Positions 1 to 7,903 of a stretch of DNA of 21,017 nucleotides are shown here, piece after piece. The stretch's first letter is position 1, and each line of letters starts with the position of its first letter. The notes below the pieces were generated by a model. The model saw only the letters and a program-made list of their open reading frames with translations, was not told where the DNA came from and ran no database searches. The translations under genes and the position numbers were made by a program. The stretch comes from Candidatus Fervidifonticultor quintus (GTDB lineage Bacteria; Sysuimicrobiota; Sysuimicrobiia; Sysuimicrobiales; Humicultoraceae). Location: assembly GCA_031459535.1 (NCBI GenBank), contig JAVKIJ010000056.1:1-21017 (forward strand), read 5' to 3'.

Positions 1-719
1 TCCACCGGCCCGGCCTCGACGATGCGGCCGGCGTACATGACGTAGACCATCTCACAGACTTCTGCCACGATACCCAGATCGTGGGTGATCAAGAGCAGAG
101 CCATGCCCAGCTGGTGGCGCAGCGCGCGCAGCAGCTCGAGGATCTGGGCCTGGATGGTGACGTCGAGTGCCGTGGTCGGCTCGTCAGCGATCAGCAGCGT
201 AGGACGGCACACGGTGGCCATGGCGATCACGGCGCGCTGCCGCATCCCTCCGGACAGTTCGTGGGGAAAGCGATGGTAGGTCTGCTCGGGGTCCGGGAGT
301 CCCACCAACCGCAGGGCCTCGACGGCCTGCTGGCGGGCCTGCAACCACCCGAACCGCATCGCGTAGGCTTCGGCGACCTGATAACCGACGGGTAGCACCG
401 GGTCGAGGAAGGTTGTCGGATCCTGGAAGATCATGGCGACCTCACCGCCACGCACCCGGCGCATGGCGTCCTCCGGGAGGGTGAGCAGATCGCGACCCGC
501 GAGTCGGATGCGGCCGGCTATGATGCGGGCGCGTGCCGTGGGAAACAGTCGCATCACAGAGAAGCCGGTCATGGACTTGCCGGACCCGGATTCACCGACG
601 AGTCCGACCGTACTCCCCCGCGGCACGGTCAGCGAGACGCCGTCCACCGCACGCACAACGCCGCGGGGGCTTGAGATGTGCGTGTGAAGATCCTCGATCT
701 CCAGGAGCGCCTCACTCAT
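1..719 (-). CDS. Dipeptide/oligopeptide ABC transporter ATP-binding subunit (DppD/OppD-like), 3' end outside the window
   Basis: Absent from the ORF track (no stop codon in the window). Manual translation from ATG 719 gives [14 protein letters not shown]...AVDGVSL...GESGSGKS (Walker A), MIFQDP (Q-loop), [12 protein letters not shown] (signature), [19 protein letters not shown] (Walker B/D-loop), ITHDLG. Overlaps the upstream permease stop by 8 nt. Confidence 0.95.
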   Translation of the reverse strand, partial: MSEALLEIEDLHTHISSPRGVVRAVDGVSLTVPRGSTVGLVGESGSGKSMTGFSVMRLFPTARARIIAGRIRLAGRDLLTLPEDAMRRVRGGEVAMIFQDPTTFLDPVLPVGYQVAEAYAMRFGWLQARQQAVEALRLVGLPDPEQTYHRFPHELSGGMRQRAVIAMATVCRPTLLIADEPTTALDVTIQAQILELLRALRHQLGMALLLITHDLGIVAEVCEMVYVMYAGRIVEAGPV

Positions 720-1539
720 CGAGGCGGGGATTGGCGGCGTCGTTGAGCCCGTCACCGGTCAGGTTGAACCCGAGCACGGCCATCGAGATGGCCAGACCCG
801 GGAAGACGCTCATCCACCAGGCCTGCCGCAGGTGCGCCTGCGCGTTGTTGAGCATCATGCCCCACGAGATGCGGTTGGGATCACCCAGGCCGAAGAAACC
901 GAGGCTGGCTTCCAACAGGATGGCGCCTGCCACGTCCAGCGAGGCGATGACCACCACCGGCGCCAGCACATTGGGCAGGATCTCCGAGAAGATGATGCGG
1001 CTAGCCGAGAGGCCCAGCCCCCGGGCCGCGTCCACATAGGCGGCACCGCGGAGCGCCAGGAACTGCCCCCGGACCACCCGCGCCGCCTGCGGCCAGGATA
1101 GGATGCCGATGACGACGATCAGCTTCCACAGCCCGGTCCCGAACAGGGCGACGACGAGCAACGCCAGCACGAAGCGCGGGACCACCTGGAACAGCTCGGT
1201 GAGGCGCCCCAGGAAGGCGTCGACCCACCCCCCGTAAAATCCCGCGAGGGCGCCGATGAACACACCGAGGGAGACCGCGGTCGCCGCCGCACAAATGCCG
1301 ACGGTGAGGGAGACACGGCTGCCCCACAGGACACCGCTCAAGATGTCGCGGCCGAGGTTGTCGGCGCCGAGCGGATAGCCCGGGGTGCCCGGCGGCGCCA
1401 GCGTGGCCATGGAGGTGGTGTGAGGATCGGCAGGGGCCAGCGCAGGGGCGGCGATAGCCGCGACAACCAGGACGAGGACCAGGCCCAGGCCTACCGGCCC
1501 GGTGCGGGTCCGGAGAAATCGGCGCCACATCGGCTCCAT
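712..1539 (-). CDS. Peptide/nickel ABC transporter permease (DppC/OppC-like)
   Basis: [21 protein letters not shown]-loop YVDAARGLG...[22 protein letters not shown]...[18 protein letters not shown] coupling to the upstream permease. Confidence 0.95.
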   Translation of the reverse strand: MEPMWRRFLRTRTGPVGLGLVLVLVVAAIAAPALAPADPHTTSMATLAPPGTPGYPLGADNLGRDILSGVLWGSRVSLTVGICAAATAVSLGVFIGALAGFYGGWVDAFLGRLTELFQVVPRFVLALLVVALFGTGLWKLIVVIGILSWPQAARVVRGQFLALRGAAYVDAARGLGLSASRIIFSEILPNVLAPVVVIASLDVAGAILLEASLGFFGLGDPNRISWGMMLNNAQAHLRQAWWMSVFPGLAISMAVLGFNLTGDGLNDAANPRLDE

Positions 1540-2525
1540 CAGTAGCGCACCCGCGGATCCAGCACGGCGTAGATCAGGTCCACCAGCAAGTTGACCACAA
1601 CCACGGTCACCGAGACCACGAGCAGGATTCCCAACAGGACGGGCGTGTCGCGTTGCAAGATGGCATCATAGAGCAGTCGGCCGATCCCCGGCCAGCCGAA
1701 CACCGTTTCAACGAGCGCCGAGCCCGCCAGCACGAATGCGAAGTTGTAGCCGATCACGGTGACGACGGGGAGCGCGGCGTTTCGCAGCCCGTGCTGCAGG
1801 AGCACCAGCCGCTCCGGCAGGCCGCGGGCCCGTGCCGCCAGGATGAAGTCCTGGCTCATGGCTTCCAGCATCGCGGCCCGGGTCAGGCGGCCGATCAACG
1901 CCATGTAGCGGAAGGAGAGCGCCGCTGCGGGCAGGACCAGATGGCGCAGTAGGTCACTGAGCGCGGCCAGGCCCACGTACTCCTCCCGCACCGACCGGAT
2001 GCCCTGGGCCGGGAGCCACCCCAGCGCCACGGCGAAGAGGAGCACCAGCAGCTGGGCCAGCCAGAAGTCGGGAACAGCGTAGCCAGCCAGGGAGATGCCG
2101 GTTGACGCGGCATCGAGCACAGACCCGGGCCGCCGCGCGGCGACCACGCCCAGGATGACTCCCAGCACGGCAGCTCCTGTCAAAGCGGTGGCCATGAGCA
2201 GGAATGTGTTGCCCAATCGCTCGACCACCAGGGTGGAAACCGGGAGCCGGTATGCGAACGAGAAGCCAAGGTTGCCCTGCGCCACGTTCCACGCGTAGAG
2301 CGCCAGACGCACGGGCGCAGGGCGGTCCAGCCCGAACTCACTCCGCAACCGGGCCACGTACTCCGGCGGCGCCGGATACTCACCGAGCAGAACGGTGACG
2401 GGATCGCCCGGAGCCAAGGCGATGAGCAGGAAATTGACGGCCACGACGCCGGCAAGCAGCGGGAGGGCCTGCGCCAGCCGGCTGGCCGTATAGCGTGCGA
2501 GCGATGCCCCTGGAGCGCCTGCCAT
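1539..2525 (-). CDS. Peptide/nickel ABC transporter permease (DppB/OppB-like)
   Basis: APGDP, FGLDRP, GNLGFS, PDFWL, HLVLPA, EAA-loop DFILAARARGL...HGLRNA, ETVFGWPGIG, DLIYAVLDPRVRY. Confidence 0.95.
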   Translation of the reverse strand: MAGAPGASLARYTASRLAQALPLLAGVVAVNFLLIALAPGDPVTVLLGEYPAPPEYVARLRSEFGLDRPAPVRLALYAWNVAQGNLGFSFAYRLPVSTLVVERLGNTFLLMATALTGAAVLGVILGVVAARRPGSVLDAASTGISLAGYAVPDFWLAQLLVLLFAVALGWLPAQGIRSVREEYVGLAALSDLLRHLVLPAAALSFRYMALIGRLTRAAMLEAMSQDFILAARARGLPERLVLLQHGLRNAALPVVTVIGYNFAFVLAGSALVETVFGWPGIGRLLYDAILQRDTPVLLGILLVVSVTVVVVNLLVDLIYAVLDPRVRY

Positions 2526-2529
2526 GCCT

Positions 2530-2555
2530 GGGGCGGTTCAGCGTCCGGCCGCCCC
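2530..2555 (-). other. GC-rich stem-loop between the binding-protein gene and the first permease gene
   Basis: GGGGCGG (2530-2536) / CCGCCCC (2549-2555) inverted repeat in the 41-bp spacer, without a U-tract. Such hairpins often stabilise the SBP part of the mRNA (inference). Confidence 0.4.
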
Positions 2556-2566
2556 GCTGGCCACGT

Positions 2567-4141
2567 CTACTTCTGGATCCACACCGCGTCCCAACGGTCA
2601 CGGATCTCCGCAGCTGTCCAGATGCCGCGGAGGCTGGCGCGCGCTGCATCCACGCCGATCTCATCGAAGAGGACCAGCGTCGGCAGGTCGGCGGCCAGGA
2701 TCTTGCCGACCTGGGCGTAGATCTTGCTGCGCGCCGCCTGGTCCGAGATCTCGGCAGCTCTGGCGAGGAGCTGGTCGACCTCGGCTCTGGCATACCCCGT
2801 CGCATTCACAAACGGCGTGCCCGGCGGCGCCGATGCGTAGATCCGGTGATAGCCGATGGCCGGGTCACCACCGCTGGTGAAGGTCTGTACGGTGAGCTCG
2901 TAATCCGGCCTCGTATAGACCCGGTCGATCATGACCGCGCGGTCCATGGGTACCAGATCCACCGTGACGCCCACCAGTCGGAGGTTGTCCCGAATGATGG
3001 CCGCGGTGGCCACGAGCGGCGCTCGGGCTGCATCGTAGACCATCCGCAGGCGAATGGGTCGCTCGCCGCCGGCGCCGCGGGTCAGGCCGGCTTCATCGAG
3101 GAGCGCGCCGGCTCGCTCGATACTGAACGGATAGAGCCTGTTGTAGTCGGCCTCGGGCGAGAACGCCCACTTGAAGCCGTCACCGAACGGCCCGCGGGCC
3201 GGCCGAGCCAGGTTCCCCATGGCCTGGGTCACGATCTGCACCCGGTTGATGGCATGCGCGAGCGCCTGACGTACCTTCACGTGGTCCAGGGGCGGCCGCC
3301 GGGTGTTGATGAACATGAAGCCTATGGACGGGATGGGCTGGCCCAGCCGGATGCGGATGGCGGCGTTGCGCCGCAGCCGGTCCACATCGGTCTTCGGCAG
3401 GTAGAAGTCGGCAATGACGTCCACCTCGCCAACTTCGAGCGCGGTCACCCGCAACGCGGCGTTGGGGATCACCCGGAACACCAGGCGATCCAGGTAGACC
3501 GGACCCCAGTAGTCCGGGTTGCGTTCCAGCACCACCCGATCGCCGCGGATCCACTCGCGAAACCTGAAGGGCCCGGTGCCCACCGGATCGTTGTTGCGCG
3601 GATGCCGGGTTGGGTCCTCGCCCTGGTAGAGGTGCCGGGGCAGGATCGGGCTGTCGAACACCGTGAGCAGCCGCAGGAACGGCGCGTAGGGCCGCTTCAA
3701 CCTGATGACGATGGTGGACGGGCTCGCGGCGGTGACGCTCTCGAAGTTGGCGTACGCGCTCCGGAAGCGACCGTGATACTTGCCGGTCACCTCGTCCATG
3801 GTGAACTTCACGTCGTGGGCCCCAAACGGCCGACCGTCGTGCCACTTGACACCCTTGCGCAGTTCGAACGTATACGTCAGCCCATCGGGGGAGACGGTCC
3901 ACGAGGTGGCCAGGGCGGGCTGGACCTGATCGCGCGCGTCGATCCACACCAGGCCGCTGAAGATACTGGCGGCCACGGCTCCAACCGCATACCCGGTCGT
4001 GATCCCGAGGTTGAGCGTCTCGGGATCACCCCCGATGGCCACAACCGCCGTGCCTCCGCGCTGCGGTTCCACCGACGCCGCGGGGCTGGAACTGCCGAAC
4101 AGCAGCACGACCGCCAAAGCAGCAATCAGGGGGGTGCGCAT
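2567..4141 (-). CDS. Family 5 (peptide/nickel) ABC substrate-binding protein
   Basis: Start moved from 4276 to ATG 4141, which follows a GAGGAGG SD and begins a Sec-type signal peptide MRTPLIAALAVVLLFGSSSPAA. Motifs PALATSW..SPDGLTYTFELRKGVKWHDG..F.A.DVKFT, GTGPFRF, LERNPDYWG, VRQALAHAINR. Confidence 0.95.
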   Translation of the reverse strand: MRTPLIAALAVVLLFGSSSPAASVEPQRGGTAVVAIGGDPETLNLGITTGYAVGAVAASIFSGLVWIDARDQVQPALATSWTVSPDGLTYTFELRKGVKWHDGRPFGAHDVKFTMDEVTGKYHGRFRSAYANFESVTAASPSTIVIRLKRPYAPFLRLLTVFDSPILPRHLYQGEDPTRHPRNNDPVGTGPFRFREWIRGDRVVLERNPDYWGPVYLDRLVFRVIPNAALRVTALEVGEVDVIADFYLPKTDVDRLRRNAAIRIRLGQPIPSIGFMFINTRRPPLDHVKVRQALAHAINRVQIVTQAMGNLARPARGPFGDGFKWAFSPEADYNRLYPFSIERAGALLDEAGLTRGAGGERPIRLRMVYDAARAPLVATAAIIRDNLRLVGVTVDLVPMDRAVMIDRVYTRPDYELTVQTFTSGGDPAIGYHRIYASAPPGTPFVNATGYARAEVDQLLARAAEISDQAARSKIYAQVGKILAADLPTLVLFDEIGVDAARASLRGIWTAAEIRDRWDAVWIQK

Positions 4142-4287
4142 CAGAGTCCTCCTCACTGGCGCGCTGTCGGGTTGCTGAGGTGCTTTGACAATCTGCGGCC
4201 CCACACCTGCCCGGGCGCCGTCGCAGGACGGAGCGCGCCGCCAGGGGAATGATCCTCTGGCGTTGGCCACTGACACGAGGGTGTACC

Positions 4288-5709
4288 ATGAGTCGGCTCA
4301 TTGATGACGAGGTGTTCTTCGCGACCGCCACGGAGTTGGGCAGGCTGCTCCGGACCCGGGAGGTCTCGAGCGTCGAGCTCACGCAGGCGTTCCTCGACCG
4401 CCTGGAAGCCCTGGGGCCGCGCTACCACGCCCTGGCGGAGCTTGCGCGGGATCTGGCCCTGGGGCAGGCGCGGCGCGCGGATCGGGCGCTCAGCCGCGGG
4501 GCACGAGAGCAGGATCGGGCACACTGGCCGCTGCTCGGGGTGCCGTATGGAGCGAAGGACCTGTTGGCCACCACCGGCATCCCCACGCGGTGGGGGTCAC
4601 CCGCGCATCGTCACCAGGTGTTCGACTACGATGCCACCGTGATCCGCCGGCTGGCGGAGGCGGGCGCGGTGCTGCTCGGCAAGCTGGCCATGGTCGAGCT
4701 CGCCGGTGGCGGCGGATACGAGTACGCCAACGCCTCGGCGGACGGCCCCGGGTTGAACCCCTGGAATCTCAACCACTGGTCAGGCGGGTCGTCATCGGGA
4801 TCGGGCAGCGCGGTGGCGGCTGGACTCGTGCCGTACGCACTGGGATCCGAGACGTGGGGGAGCATCGTCACACCGTCCGCGTTCTGCGGCGTCACGGGCC
4901 TGCGGCCGACGTGGGGGCTGGTGAGCCGGCACGGCGCCATGGAGCTGGCCTGGAGCATGGACAAGGTGGGTCCCATGGCCAGGAGCGCGGAAGACTGCGG
5001 CTGGGTCCTGCACGCCATCGCGGGCGCCGACCCCCGTGACCCCACCAGCGGCTCGGCCCGTTTTGCGTTCAACCCCCGGCTGCCGCGGCGGAGGTGGCAC
5101 CTGGGGATCCTCCCGGCCGACTTCACCGACGCCCCCGCACTCGAGCGGGCATTCGATGACGCCCTTCGCGTCCTGCGTCGGGCGGGCATGCGCCTGCAGA
5201 GCGTCGCCCTGCCCGACCACCCCTATGAAGAGACGGCGCGCACGCTGCTCAACGGTGAGATGGCCGCGGCGCACGCAGAGTTCATCGCGAGCCCGGGCCT
5301 CGACGAGCTGGTGGACGCCGGCCAGAAGGCCGGACTGCGCGGGGCCCTGGAGCTGCGCGCCTCCGACTACGTCCGCGCCCAACAGCGGCGCGTCGAGATC
5401 ACCCGCAGCGTACTGGCCCTCTTCGAGGAGGTGGACGCCCTCGTGGCACCGACGCTGATGACCGAGGCGCCCACGTTGGACACCAACCTGAAGGCCACGT
5501 TCCGACGACGCGGCGGCTACAGCGTCCTGGGAGCGCTGTGCGGCGTGCCCGCGTTGAGCGTCCCCATGGGATTCGGCCGCCAGGGGCTGCCGCTGGGCCT
5601 CTCCTTCACCGGGGACCGCCTGTCGGAGAACACGCTGGTGGCAATCGGCATGATCTTCCAGCGCGAGACCGACTGGCACCGCCGGCGGCCGCCGGCCCTT
5701 AGAGCTTGA
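4288..5709 (+). CDS. Amidase-signature family enzyme (GatA-like fold, stand-alone amidase)
   Basis: Ser-cisSer-Lys motifs: GVPYGAKD, GGSSSGSGSAVAAG, GSETWGSI; also GLRPTWG.VSR.G, SMDKVGPMARS, GVPALSVPMG. Start moved to ATG 4288 (GAGGG upstream). No gatC or gatB adjacent. Confidence 0.92.
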   Translation: MSRLIDDEVFFATATELGRLLRTREVSSVELTQAFLDRLEALGPRYHALAELARDLALGQARRADRALSRGAREQDRAHWPLLGVPYGAKDLLATTGIPTRWGSPAHRHQVFDYDATVIRRLAEAGAVLLGKLAMVELAGGGGYEYANASADGPGLNPWNLNHWSGGSSSGSGSAVAAGLVPYALGSETWGSIVTPSAFCGVTGLRPTWGLVSRHGAMELAWSMDKVGPMARSAEDCGWVLHAIAGADPRDPTSGSARFAFNPRLPRRRWHLGILPADFTDAPALERAFDDALRVLRRAGMRLQSVALPDHPYEETARTLLNGEMAAAHAEFIASPGLDELVDAGQKAGLRGALELRASDYVRAQQRRVEITRSVLALFEEVDALVAPTLMTEAPTLDTNLKATFRRRGGYSVLGALCGVPALSVPMGFGRQGLPLGLSFTGDRLSENTLVAIGMIFQRETDWHRRRPPALRA

Positions 5710-5714
5710 CGCCG
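5682..5714 (+). repeat. Direct repeat copy 1 (last codons and stop of the amidase gene)
   Basis: CCGGCGGCCGCCGGCCCTTAGAGCTTGACGCCG, 29/33 identical to 7054-7086. Confidence 0.85.
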
Positions 5715-5753
5715 CCCTCCGCGAGCCCGGCGATGAGACGGGGAGAGCACCGT

Positions 5754-7019
5754 ATGGCGAGACGCGCGGTCATTGCCGGCATTATAGCCACCGGGCTCGG
5801 AGTCCTGGTCTCTCCAGGACTCGGTCAGGCAACCATTCAATTCTGCCGTGATGTCAGACCGGGCCCCACGTGTGTTGCAGTGCGCGCCACGGTGGAGTGG
5901 CGCGGCCAGGGGAATCTCCCTCCCAGTCACGTGTCCGCCCAGCTGCCCGGCCCCACTCCGGCGGCCGTCTACGAACCACCGGCGACGATCTCCTCGGACG
6001 GCTCCGCAGACGTGACGGCGGCGCTAAACGCGTGGCTGGCTAACGTCCCCAACGGCGCGACGGTCCGGTTCCGACCTGGGGCGGTCTATCGGATCGACCG
6101 CGAGATCACCCTCACGGATCGGAGGGGACTGACGTTCGAGGGAGACGTGACCTTCCGGGCCGGTCCTGAGCCTGCAGATCTCACCGCGCATCAGCGCCGT
6201 ACCCTCAGCGTCTTCAGGCTGCAGGGCGGCGGTGGCTACACGTTTCGGGGCATCCGCATCATCGGGCGGCATCCGGCCGGTGGGACGGCCGAGGCGGCCT
6301 ATGACGCCACGCGCGAAGCGCAGCACGGCTTCTGGCTGGCAGGCGTCCAGGGCATCACCATCGAGGGCACGATCATCAGTGACGTGTACGGGGACTTTGT
6401 GTACGTCGGGCCGGACCTGCGTTCAGGCGTCGTCTGGTCCCGCAACGTCACGATTCGCGGCGGAGAGATGACGCGAAACGGGCGTCAGGGCATCGCCATG
6501 GTGGCCGTGGATGGCATGACCGTCGAGGGCGTGAGGCTGTACAACCTCCGGCGCGCCGTCTTCAATATGGAGCCCACAACCTCCTCCTGGGGAGCACGGA
6601 ACGTGCGCATTATCGGCAACCGCACGGGGGCCGCACGTCTGCTGTGGTTCTCCTCCGCCGGCCAAGGCTGGAACGTCTCCGACGTGGTGATCAGCAGGAA
6701 CGTGATGGAGACAGCCACCGGCGTCCCCTTTGTCTATATGGTCGCCCCTCGCGGCGGCTACCGTGGGCCGCTGGTGGTCGAGCACAACACGATGATCTCG
6801 GGCGGCAGCCCGGCACCTGGGATGCGCTTCGACCGCGTCCGAGTCATTGTCCGCAACAACCTTGTGACGTTCCCACCCCGGCGCCTCATGACCGCCGTGG
6901 GTCTCACCGACGCGGAGGCGACCGTCCAGGGTGACCGCTTCTGCGGCGCGGCGCGGGCCGTGGGCGCGGATCCGCTCTCGCGCGTCACGGAGTCGGACAA
7001 CGTCCTGGTCTGCCCTTAG
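5754..7019 (+). CDS. Secreted right-handed parallel beta-helix (pectin-lyase-like fold) protein
   Basis: Start at ATG 5754 after GGGGAGAG. Signal peptide MARRAVIAGIIATGLGVLVSPGLGQA, Pro-rich linker, D(V)TAALNAWL...GATVRF.PG..YRI N-cap, and repeated beta-helix coils (GITIEGTIISDVYGDFVY, RNVTIRGG...RNGRQGI, DGMTVEG, FNMEP, RNVRIIGN, SDVVISRN, VVEHN, IVRNN). Confidence 0.8.
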   Translation: MARRAVIAGIIATGLGVLVSPGLGQATIQFCRDVRPGPTCVAVRATVEWRGQGNLPPSHVSAQLPGPTPAAVYEPPATISSDGSADVTAALNAWLANVPNGATVRFRPGAVYRIDREITLTDRRGLTFEGDVTFRAGPEPADLTAHQRRTLSVFRLQGGGGYTFRGIRIIGRHPAGGTAEAAYDATREAQHGFWLAGVQGITIEGTIISDVYGDFVYVGPDLRSGVVWSRNVTIRGGEMTRNGRQGIAMVAVDGMTVEGVRLYNLRRAVFNMEPTTSSWGARNVRIIGNRTGAARLLWFSSAGQGWNVSDVVISRNVMETATGVPFVYMVAPRGGYRGPLVVEHNTMISGGSPAPGMRFDRVRVIVRNNLVTFPPRRLMTAVGLTDAEATVQGDRFCGAARAVGADPLSRVTESDNVLVCP

Positions 7020-7053
7020 TCTGCGCTGTTGCGATTGAATGACCGATTCCTAC

Positions 7054-7086
7054 CCGGCGGCCAACGGTCCTTGGAGCTTGACGCCG
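7054..7086 (+). repeat. Direct repeat copy 2 (degenerate copy of the amidase 3' end, intergenic)
   Basis: CCGGCGGCCAACGGTCCTTGGAGCTTGACGCCG, 29/33 identical to 5682-5714. Weaker similarity extends on both sides (GACCGA at 7041 vs 5667; TCCGCG shortly downstream of both). Confidence 0.85.
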
Positions 7087-7117
7087 AAAGTCCGCGGCCA
7101 TGTCCGCAAGAGACGAA

Positions 7118-7148
7118 TTGACAGGAAGACGCATTTCATGATAATCAT
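7118..7148 (+). promoter_or_regulatory. Sigma70-type promoter of the TA operon with an overlapping palindromic operator
   Basis: TTGACA (7118-7123), 16 nt, GATAAT (7140-7145). The palindrome ATGAT-A-ATCAT (7138-7148) covers the -10, in an AT-rich patch of GC-rich DNA. Confidence 0.75.
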
Positions 7149-7163
7149 ATTTTAGTGACTCTC

Positions 7164-7445
7164 ATGGCGACGAAGCTGAGCGTTACAGAAGCGGTGAGGA
7201 ATTTCTCCGAGGTCATCGGCCGCGTCCGCTTCAAGGGCGAGCGCTTTGTCCTCCTGAAAGGCGGTAAGCCCGTGGCCGAACTGCGACCGGCCGACACCGC
7301 GGCGCTGGTTCGCCTGAGCGAGCTGCCGGCGCTCCTTGAATCACTGCCGCATCTCGACCCGGGCGATGCCGACCGCTTCGCCGATGACCTCGAGACGGCC
7401 CGCAGCGCGGCGGGTACCACGCCCAAGCCACTGTGGGCATCCTGA
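7164..7445 (+). CDS. Type II antitoxin, Phd/YefM family (VapB role)
   Basis: LSVTEAVRNFSEVIGRV...GERFVLLKGGKPVAELRP matches the Phd/YefM N-terminal pattern; acidic C-terminal half; overlaps the PIN gene. Alternative start GTG 7155. Confidence 0.88.
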   Translation: MATKLSVTEAVRNFSEVIGRVRFKGERFVLLKGGKPVAELRPADTAALVRLSELPALLESLPHLDPGDADRFADDLETARSAAGTTPKPLWAS

Positions 7446-7840
7446 TCGACTCGAGCGTCTTTATCGCCGCAGAGCGCGGCCGCGTGGCCCTGGCCGAGTA
7501 CATTCGCGGCCGTGAGCACGAGCCGGTCGCCATCAGCGCGATCACGGCCAGCGAACTGCTCCACGGGGTCCATCGGGCCCGCGATCCTCGCCAGCGCACT
7601 CGCCGGGCGCAGTTCGTCGAGGCCATCCTGGCCCGCCTGCCGGTCGTCGAGTTCGACCTGGAGACGGCCCGGGTGCACGCGCAACTGTGGGCCGACCTAC
7701 TGGACCGCGGACAGGCGGTAGGAGCGCACGACCTGATCATCGGGGCCACGGCGATTGCCATGGACGTCCAGGTGGCGACGGTCAACGCTGGCGACTTCGA
7801 GCGGATCCCTGGCCTTCAGGTCCAGATCTGGGGCGCATAG
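7433..7840 (+). CDS. vapC: Type II toxin, PIN-domain ribonuclease (VapC family)
   Basis: 135 aa with ILIDSSVFI, SAITASELLHG, GAHDLIIGATA, VATVNAGDFERIPGL (PIN acidic-residue pattern D/E/D/N-D). Directly downstream of, and overlapping, the antitoxin. Confidence 0.93.
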   Translation: MGILIDSSVFIAAERGRVALAEYIRGREHEPVAISAITASELLHGVHRARDPRQRTRRAQFVEAILARLPVVEFDLETARVHAQLWADLLDRGQAVGAHDLIIGATAIAMDVQVATVNAGDFERIPGLQVQIWGA

Positions 7841-7868
7841 CCTCACCATCGGCGACGCGCCGGTGAGG
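7841..7868. terminator. Hairpin between convergent vapC and glnA (possible bidirectional terminator)
   Basis: CCTCACC (7841-7847) / GGTGAGG (7862-7868) enclosing an inner GGCG/CGCC stem; no U-tract. Confidence 0.4.
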
Positions 7869-7903
7869 TCCACGCGTCCGTTCCGGGCTCACCTTTCCGC
7901 CGC

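Noticed and set aside
2495-4252. 585-aa + strand ORF
   Set aside because: Antisense shadow of the binding-protein gene.
4288-5709. gatA assignment
   Set aside because: No adjacent gatC or gatB, and motifs diverge (LAMVELAGGGG, GSETWGS versus GatA N(M/L)DEFAMGS, GSDTGGS).
5682-7086. CRISPR or integron-cassette reading of the 33-bp repeats
   Set aside because: Only two copies about 1.37 kb apart, one within a coding sequence; no cas or intI gene and no attC-like palindrome recognised.
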